A stretch of 64,000 nt of DNA from Parcubacteria group bacterium (GTDB lineage Bacteria; Patescibacteriota; Minisyncoccia; Phycocordibacterales; Zambryskibacteraceae): the NCBI GenBank assembly GCA_028286565.1, contig JAQBRH010000004.1:33951-97950 (forward strand). Reading direction: 5' to 3'. The notes under the pieces were generated by a model. It did no database searches, was not told where the DNA came from, and saw only the letters and a program-made list of their open reading frames with translations. A program made the translations under genes and the position numbers. Below are positions 58,144-64,000 of this stretch, piece by piece. How positions within the stretch are numbered: position 1 is the first letter of the stretch; the number at the start of each line of letters is the position of its first letter.

Positions 58144-58512
58144 TCAGAGGAAGGCGTACCTGTTGAATATCTCCGCCCAGAAGGGTCCTTTGTTGAAGAC
58201 GGGCTGGATCACCCCATCTTCCCCTCTCTTCACGGACATGGCGAGCACTTCGCGCGTCTCCGTGAGCGTCAGATTAGGGACACAGAGTGCGTGGATCATG
58301 TCACCGGGGCGAAGTTCGATCGCCACAGCCCTCGGGAGCCACACGACGAATCCGTCGAGATCCTTGATGGAGGCCTCCTCACCGTCGATCCTGAGGGAGT
58401 GAATCTCGAACCTCACCTTGACCACAGAAACAGAATTGCAGGCAACGATTTTCATCGGTCGCACCGGTTCAAGGGAAGAAAAAACGACTCTGGCATGAGA
58501 GTAACACACCAA
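58144..58512 (-). CDS. Hypothetical protein
   Basis: 122-aa ORF converging on the same terminator region; start uncertain. Confidence 0.4.
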   Translation of the reverse strand: MVCYSHARVVFSSLEPVRPMKIVACNSVSVVKVRFEIHSLRIDGEEASIKDLDGFVVWLPRAVAIELRPGDMIHALCVPNLTLTETREVLAMSVKRGEDGVIQPVFNKGPFWAEIFNRYAFL

Positions 58513-58551
58513 AAACTACCTGTCAACTGCCCCGCTTCTTCCCTGCCTCGG

Positions 58552-58629
58552 CTACTTCTTATCCTTGTCTCCCTTTGCCTTCTTCGGCTTCTTTACTTCC
58601 TTGCGTCGCGAATTATTTCCTTTGGCCAT
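58552..58629 (-). CDS. 25-aa Lys-rich peptide (not in ORF track)
   Basis: MAKGNNSRRKEVKKPKKAKGDKDKK; TGnTATACT upstream and a hairpin downstream. Confidence 0.55.
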   Translation of the reverse strand: MAKGNNSRRKEVKKPKKAKGDKDKK

Positions 58630-58821
58630 AAATTTTTATTTAAAGTTATTGGATAAGTATAGCAAAAAATAACTTATGGCCCGAGCTGTTGGGTTAACCC
58701 GAACTTGGATAATGGATGATTACAGCTCGTTTTATATCACTTCTTCTATATTTCGAAAAACACCATTATCGCAGTTAGCAATCTATATTCGGGTTATTAA
58801 TGCTTACTCTGAAGTTGTGAA

Positions 58822-59127
58822 TTAGGCGTGATTTCTATCTTTAAGTTTAAATACAGAAATTGTAAAAATTACAGCTCCTACAATATCTAGGATGTGCCAA
58901 GTCTCTTTTGAAAAATAGAAAGGTGAAATTGGATTGAAAATAATCATTAAACCAATAAAAATCCAGAACCAGATTTTATTACCTAATTTATTTGACAGAT
59001 ATGCCAAGTACAAGCTGACCCCAGCCACTATCCACCGAAGAACTTGGTAAAAACTATATGGATGTGTACCAAGTGCAAGGATAAGAACTACAGCTACTAT
59101 CAATCTTAGCCCTGTATTTTTTGTCAT
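58822..59127 (-). CDS. DUF6804-like membrane protein
   Basis: PYSFYQVLRWIV...IFNPISP...W..LD. Confidence 0.75.
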   Translation of the reverse strand: MTKNTGLRLIVAVVLILALGTHPYSFYQVLRWIVAGVSLYLAYLSNKLGNKIWFWIFIGLMIIFNPISPFYFSKETWHILDIVGAVIFTISVFKLKDRNHA

Positions 59128-59131
59128 AAGT

Positions 59132-60976
59132 TTATGAGCAGGCGCCCTTATAAAGAATCTCCCCGAGACTTTCAGGAATAACGTTTTGCCAATCTTGTTC
59201 TCCGGAAGAACGCCCCGCATTACCGGAAATATCATAAGCAGTAGAGGACAAGGGTTTTACTCTTCTGCCAGCGCAGTCAATTTCAAGATTTTGCTGCACA
59301 GAAGTCTTAAGATTTGTATCAGTCGACTTTAGCCATAAATCAACTAGACTTCCTTTTGAAAAATCGAGAGTTTCAATGTCGAGTCTATATTCCATCGCAC
59401 CGTTATTAGATAGCATCTTCCACCTATCCATCGTTTGTACATATTTTTTATCGTATCTTAGTGCCCGTTTATATTCACTACTTGCATTTTTATAGTCGCC
59501 CTTATTCAAGTAAGTCGCTGCTCTGTCTGCATATAGTCCAGCCAGTATGAAATCATCATTGGGATTAGTATTTTTTTGATACTGACCTACAAAGTCAGCG
59601 GAGCTCATATTAGGAAAATATTTCTGCCGCAGCCCTTCAAGCAAATCTTTGTCTGAGATATTAGTTAGCTCAGGATACGTGTCCCGTATCTGTTCTAAAC
59701 TCATCAAGAATAGATTGTTGCTAAGCACTACTCCAATAGCCTTGCCGTAATCATCAATGGCATTGTCATAATTTCCGACCTCAATATTTACCTTAGCCCT
59801 ATTCTCATAAGTAGAGTACAGAGAACTGAGCATAGGATTAGCCTGATTTTTCGTAATTGCAGTCGTAAAATCACTGATAGCACCGTAATAGTCTTTCGTA
59901 TAATCTTTAGACAAACCTCTATCATTATAGGCCCCAGCATTATCGGGAGTTAACTCAATAACTTTGTCATAGTAAGGAATAGCATCAGAGTACTGTTTCA
60001 AACTGTAAAAAGATTCTGCGATCTGAGCGTAGGCATCAGTAAAGGTAGGGTCATTTTTAATAGAATTCTGGAAGTGTTTAAGCGCGACTGCATTTACCTT
60101 GTCCCTGAATCCACCCGAACCTGAGACGTCAGCCCATGCGGCTTTCGTCAAAAAAGTACCTTTTTGCGCAGTTCTTCCAAGAAGAAATTCAACCAAGGCA
60201 GAGCCTGGATTAAGCTTCAACGCTTGCTGGAGGTCATCAAGGGTTGGAGAAAAATATTTTTCATCGTATGAGGTAAAGGTGCTATAAAATAAACCTCTAA
60301 ACATGTAGGCCAGATAGTCATTTGGGTAATGATTTACAAGAGTATCTAAATCAGTTTTTTGCAAAGCAGTCGGGTTAGAAACTTCTTCTGGTTTTACTCC
60401 GCCTGTATTAAACATGTCCGATGTATCATTCGGATTTATTTTCACACCAATTTCCAGGTCCTTCATAGCTTGACCATAATCCTTAAGAGCCAAATCGGTT
60501 TTTGCTCGCAGACTATAAAGTGAAGCAAGTGAATTTGAAGTTTCAAAAGCAGAATACTTTTTATTTTTAGTTGAAGAATATTTGATTGCTTTGTCTATAT
60601 TATTTTTTATTTCGACATAGTCTGGATCATCGGTCGCAAGTTGAAAAGTCGATTTAAGGGTATATAAAGTAGAAAAGTCTGGGTACTTTACTAAAAGCTT
60701 ATCGATAACACTAACGGCCTCTTCGTTCTTTTTTGAATCTTTTCCATCTTTGGCTAATTCAATGGCAGATAAGACATCCTTGCTTATTTGTTTTTGCTCA
60801 GAGGTTACTGAGTTTTTAATATTGAATTCAGAACTTAATTCAGATAGTCCTATCTTCTCGATAGCTAGACCCTCTGCTTTGACCACATCTGAGTTAGAAA
60901 AAGAGGCTCTGAAAGCAAAGAGGCATCCGACTAACACAATAACTAATCCAATGCCTTTTGCTAAGCTTCGAAACAT
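59132..60976 (-). CDS. Membrane-anchored TPR protein
   Basis: N-terminal TM; multiple TPRs (AYNDRG...GAISDFTTAI); C-terminal IDC..R...W..VIPES..E domain. Confidence 0.85.
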   Translation of the reverse strand: MFRSLAKGIGLVIVLVGCLFAFRASFSNSDVVKAEGLAIEKIGLSELSSEFNIKNSVTSEQKQISKDVLSAIELAKDGKDSKKNEEAVSVIDKLLVKYPDFSTLYTLKSTFQLATDDPDYVEIKNNIDKAIKYSSTKNKKYSAFETSNSLASLYSLRAKTDLALKDYGQAMKDLEIGVKINPNDTSDMFNTGGVKPEEVSNPTALQKTDLDTLVNHYPNDYLAYMFRGLFYSTFTSYDEKYFSPTLDDLQQALKLNPGSALVEFLLGRTAQKGTFLTKAAWADVSGSGGFRDKVNAVALKHFQNSIKNDPTFTDAYAQIAESFYSLKQYSDAIPYYDKVIELTPDNAGAYNDRGLSKDYTKDYYGAISDFTTAITKNQANPMLSSLYSTYENRAKVNIEVGNYDNAIDDYGKAIGVVLSNNLFLMSLEQIRDTYPELTNISDKDLLEGLRQKYFPNMSSADFVGQYQKNTNPNDDFILAGLYADRAATYLNKGDYKNASSEYKRALRYDKKYVQTMDRWKMLSNNGAMEYRLDIETLDFSKGSLVDLWLKSTDTNLKTSVQQNLEIDCAGRRVKPLSSTAYDISGNAGRSSGEQDWQNVIPESLGEILYKGACS

Positions 60977-60977
60977 T

Positions 60978-61220
60978 TTATTTTCTATAATAGTTCTTAG
61001 TTCCACTTTTACCCGTATAAGGGTTGTAACTACCCTTACTTGAGTAATTATCGGATTTATAACTATTCGGAGAGGTTTTATAGTAGCTATTTACATAAGT
61101 TCCTGTCGAAGGTTTATAGTACCCATTAACACGAACAGTCTTTGCTTCGACTGAATGAAACGCTCCCAAACCTAGAGCCAGAATCAGAATCAGAAACCCT
61201 ATAAATACTGAATTTTTCAT
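60978..61220 (-). CDS. Small secreted protein
   Basis: Signal peptide; VNGYYK..GTYV..YYKTSPN...DNYS.KG..NPYTGK.G. Confidence 0.75.
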   Translation of the reverse strand: MKNSVFIGFLILILALGLGAFHSVEAKTVRVNGYYKPSTGTYVNSYYKTSPNSYKSDNYSSKGSYNPYTGKSGTKNYYRK

Positions 61221-61360
61221 GGGTTCAATTAATTAACTTATATTCACTATAGACCCCATTCAAAGTAAAGCAAGTCAAGTCAGAACCCGTCCTAATTCTT
61301 TCCTCTTTTCAAAATTTCAAGCAGAGCTCGACGCACTAACGTCACGTAGGCTAGGAGTTG

Positions 61361-61837
61361 TTAAATTCTCCTAGCCACAGTACTGTTCTCATTTTTCAAT
61401 TCAATTTCTAGGAGCTGTTTTCTTTTAATTGATAACTCCAAATCAATTCTTGCTCTTAATTCTTGAGCGATAACTGGCACATAATTTTGAAACGTAAGAA
61501 ATCCAATTCCAGCTTCTTCACAGTGTTTCCTAACATCAATATCACGTTTTTTTGTCTTCGGATTATTATGAGATTCCCCATTTAATTCAATTGCTAGTAA
61601 TGGCTCGAGCGTGCTGATATCAAAGAGTGCAAAATCCACAGACCATCGACTTACGTGCCCTACTGCGTATTTAATTTTTCCAATATACGATCCGTAGACT
61701 GGAGCAATTAATTTCTCGACATGAACTTGTGGGACCAACAGATAATCATTTCCAACTGCCAATTTTAGCTCCTTATACAGAATTCGCTCATTTGTATTTA
61801 GAAGAGGTTTTTGTCTTTTAAACTTCGGTTCAAACAT
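61361..61837 (-). CDS. DUF2726-domain protein
   Basis: LLNTNE...QV...VDF...AIELNGESH...KRD. Confidence 0.8.
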   Translation of the reverse strand: MFEPKFKRQKPLLNTNERILYKELKLAVGNDYLLVPQVHVEKLIAPVYGSYIGKIKYAVGHVSRWSVDFALFDISTLEPLLAIELNGESHNNPKTKKRDIDVRKHCEEAGIGFLTFQNYVPVIAQELRARIDLELSIKRKQLLEIELKNENSTVARRI

Positions 61838-61856
61838 ATATTATGGCCATGCCTAT

Positions 61857-62270
61857 TTAAACTACATAACTCGTATCTTCTTCAAAGAACCCGTACATCA
61901 CGACCCCCGCAGCAATGATTGAAGATACCGCAGCTAATATTGTCCAGACAAGATTTAATTGATTGATTATAGAGATAAGAAGTGAAAAAGTTGAGATGAC
62001 TACAACCAGGGCGGCTAAAATCATAGAGACAATCTTTTTATGACTTGGGGCGACCCTGGAACCATAATACACGCAAGCGGCCGCACTAATTGCCGAAGAG
62101 AATATCCAGTAGTTTATTTTAGCCCAACCCGAGTCAGGGCCAACTCCAGTGAGCCACTGTTGCAAGGAAAAGAAAACATTTGCCAACATACCTCCCAATA
62201 CATAGGTTAGTCCTGCTGTAGGTAAAACAGCTACCCATCGACCTACTACTTTAAGAGTATGTGTGGACAT
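61857..62270 (-). CDS. Membrane protein
   Basis: Four TM segments; RWVAVLP and VAPSHK. Confidence 0.65.
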   Translation of the reverse strand: MSTHTLKVVGRWVAVLPTAGLTYVLGGMLANVFFSLQQWLTGVGPDSGWAKINYWIFSSAISAAACVYYGSRVAPSHKKIVSMILAALVVVISTFSLLISIINQLNLVWTILAAVSSIIAAGVVMYGFFEEDTSYVV

Positions 62271-62367
62271 GTTTTTATATTTATAGCTTAATATCTACTT
62301 TACACCTACTTAACTTTTATACAAAATCACACCCTTTTGTGTCCCGCCTAGCAAACAGCCAGAAATT

Positions 62368-62766
62368 TTATTTTCTAGGTATTTTAAAAATTCGAAGGTC
62401 CCCCCTCCTTTTCTCATAATCCGGCACAGTCTTCCCCACCAAGGTCCAAAAGGCTGGGGAGTGGTTAAATTCGCCGAGGTGGCAGAGCTCGTGGACGATG
62501 AGGTAGTCCTGAAGGGCGGGCGGGAGGAAGACTACACGATAGTTGAAGTTCAGGTTCCCTTTCTTCGAACAGCTCCCCCACCTCGTCTTGTGGTCCTTGA
62601 TCGCGACCCGGTTGTAGGTGTATCCGTAGAATTGGTTCCAATATTCCAACCTCTCCTTCACCAGAGCCCGCGCTTCTTCTCTGTGTTTCAAATAGATGGC
62701 CGTGGGACCTTTTTTCCTTCGCACACGTCTGCGTACTTTTATTCTAAAGATCTTTCGCCAAGGCAT
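62368..62766 (-). CDS. YgjP/DUF45-like zinc metallopeptidase
   Basis: KTRWGSCS...Y.IVHELCHL...NHS..FW. Confidence 0.88.
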   Translation of the reverse strand: MPWRKIFRIKVRRRVRRKKGPTAIYLKHREEARALVKERLEYWNQFYGYTYNRVAIKDHKTRWGSCSKKGNLNFNYRVVFLPPALQDYLIVHELCHLGEFNHSPAFWTLVGKTVPDYEKRRGDLRIFKIPRK

Positions 62767-62855
62767 GAGCGTACTATTGTATCAGAATTGACATTTCAAA
62801 TTATATGTGACAATGTGTGCCCAGAAGCTCCTATTCCTCCAACCGGAAACTCTCA

Positions 62856-63334
62856 TGCAACAGTTCGGCTACGAAGATGACGAGAAGATGCACGCACGAT
62901 TTTTCCGGCTCCTCAGCGACCCGGACCTCGAGGATGAGCAGGACGAGACAATGTACGATGTGATGAGTCAGATCCAGGATCTGCTCAATGCCTGCTACTG
63001 GCTCGGGATCAATCCTCTGGAAGAACTGAAGAGAATTCTCCCTCAATACGCTTGGAACTACCTGCGATCGAAGGACCTGGACCTCATCAGGGCAGAAGTG
63101 GCCAAGTCGGACCTCATCTGGAGGGTGAACTGGACCGAAGACGGCTTCAAGGGTATTGGAGTGCGCGCCGAGGAGATCCAACTCGTCACCGCCCAACTCA
63201 TCGGGTCATTCAAGGTCCTCGAACACCTGTTCTTCGCCGGCTGGCAGGAGACAGCCGAAGAGTCGACGCCCAAACTCGATTTTGTACGAGAGTTAGGCGG
63301 AGAACCGATATCCTCCTATTACGTGAATACATGA
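62856..63334 (+). CDS. Hypothetical protein
   Basis: ORF from MQQFGY; TTGACA upstream; hairpin/T-tract at ~63340-63368. Confidence 0.55.
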
Positions 63335-63366
63335 TCCCCGCCGACCACTTACCCGGTCGGCTTTTT

Positions 63367-64000
63367 TTATTCAAAAAATCTTTTTTTTAAGAATTCCGTA
63401 AGGGCCTTCATCTCTTCTTGCTGCGAAGCGAGTTGAGTCGTGTATTTCTCTATTTCTGATTCTGGTATATGCTCCGGCTCTTCTCCTCGTATGGTCACGA
63501 AAAAATGCCCGGACGGCCCTATCCTCATGGTCGTTATCTTCGTTTCTTCTACGGCTTGTCTGTGTTCATAAAAGTCTTCGAGGATCTCTTGAGCCCGCTT
63601 CTCTAATTCTTCGTTCTTTGCGCGGAGCGCGAGGTACTCCGGAGTTTCAGGAACATCGTGTTCGGCAATATAGTCCCAGTACGCCCGTGCCGCTTCCGGG
63701 TTGCCTTCGATCTCTTCGCCTCGATGCCCGTGCTCTGCCCCGATGCGGTCTCGGATCTCTGCTTCGCCTATGTAGCGGGGATGAGGCTCATCGAATCCTA
63801 TGCCCACATACGGATTGATCTTGACCCTCTCTCCAAAGCGCTCTTCCACGTGGCCTTCACAGGAGAGATAGGTGGGGAATTTATTTAAAACAAAAGCGGC
63901 CACGGTTTCCTTTATCCCCGAGTCTATAGGCATCCCGAGCTTATCCGCCACCCGGTCGAGGCGAGCCAGGATATCTTCCCAAAGAGCCAGTTTTTCTGGT
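63367..64000 (-). CDS. Hypothetical protein, 5'-partial
   Basis: Frame is open to the window end; D.LG..ID.GIKETV...PT..SCEGH motif. Confidence 0.7.
   Translation of the reverse strand, partial: PEKLALWEDILARLDRVADKLGMPIDSGIKETVAAFVLNKFPTYLSCEGHVEERFGERVKINPYVGIGFDEPHPRYIGEAEIRDRIGAEHGHRGEEIEGNPEAARAYWDYIAEHDVPETPEYLALRAKNEELEKRAQEILEDFYEHRQAVEETKITTMRIGPSGHFFVTIRGEEPEHIPESEIEKYTTQLASQQEEMKALTEFLKKRFFE

Noticed and set aside
61321-61367. attC-like site in the second island (ctaac...gttaaat)
   Set aside because: Too short, no convincing palindrome and a single occurrence.

Overview
Chromosomal window of a small-genome bacterium, most likely Patescibacteria/CPR (Parcubacteria-like). This is inferred from tight gene packing, many leaderless-type promoters, a type IV pilus cluster without pilQ, and a shortened RF2. 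Housekeeping content includes rnj, an ABC-F protein, a pseudouridine synthase, ftsEX, prfB, gatCA, ligA, a 14-gene type IV pilus locus with divergent comF, a GH130-PMI-PMM mannoside operon, and six tRNAs. The most striking structure is a ~9 kb AT-rich array of one- or two-gene cassettes (~20.4-29.9 kb) directly downstream of tRNA-Gln(CTG). The cassettes are separated by 12 clear and ~4 degenerate copies of a 28-bp direct repeat, GCTGGCCCTGTGG(T/G)ACGAAGTTGGAAC(C/T). Read on the tRNA strand, the repeat is a constant GTTCCAAC(A/T)TC(G/C)T segment fused to a tRNA-like 3' end. A single Asp-adapted copy of the same site lies downstream of tRNA-Asp. Both tRNAs are followed by the same ~190-210 nt structured trailer, whose flanks mirror the 3' end of the host tRNA. 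Three tRNAs also carry a shared 5' leader that mirrors their own 5' end. No recombinase gene is visible in the window. All annotation is by eye from the sequence and ORF track; no database searches were run.
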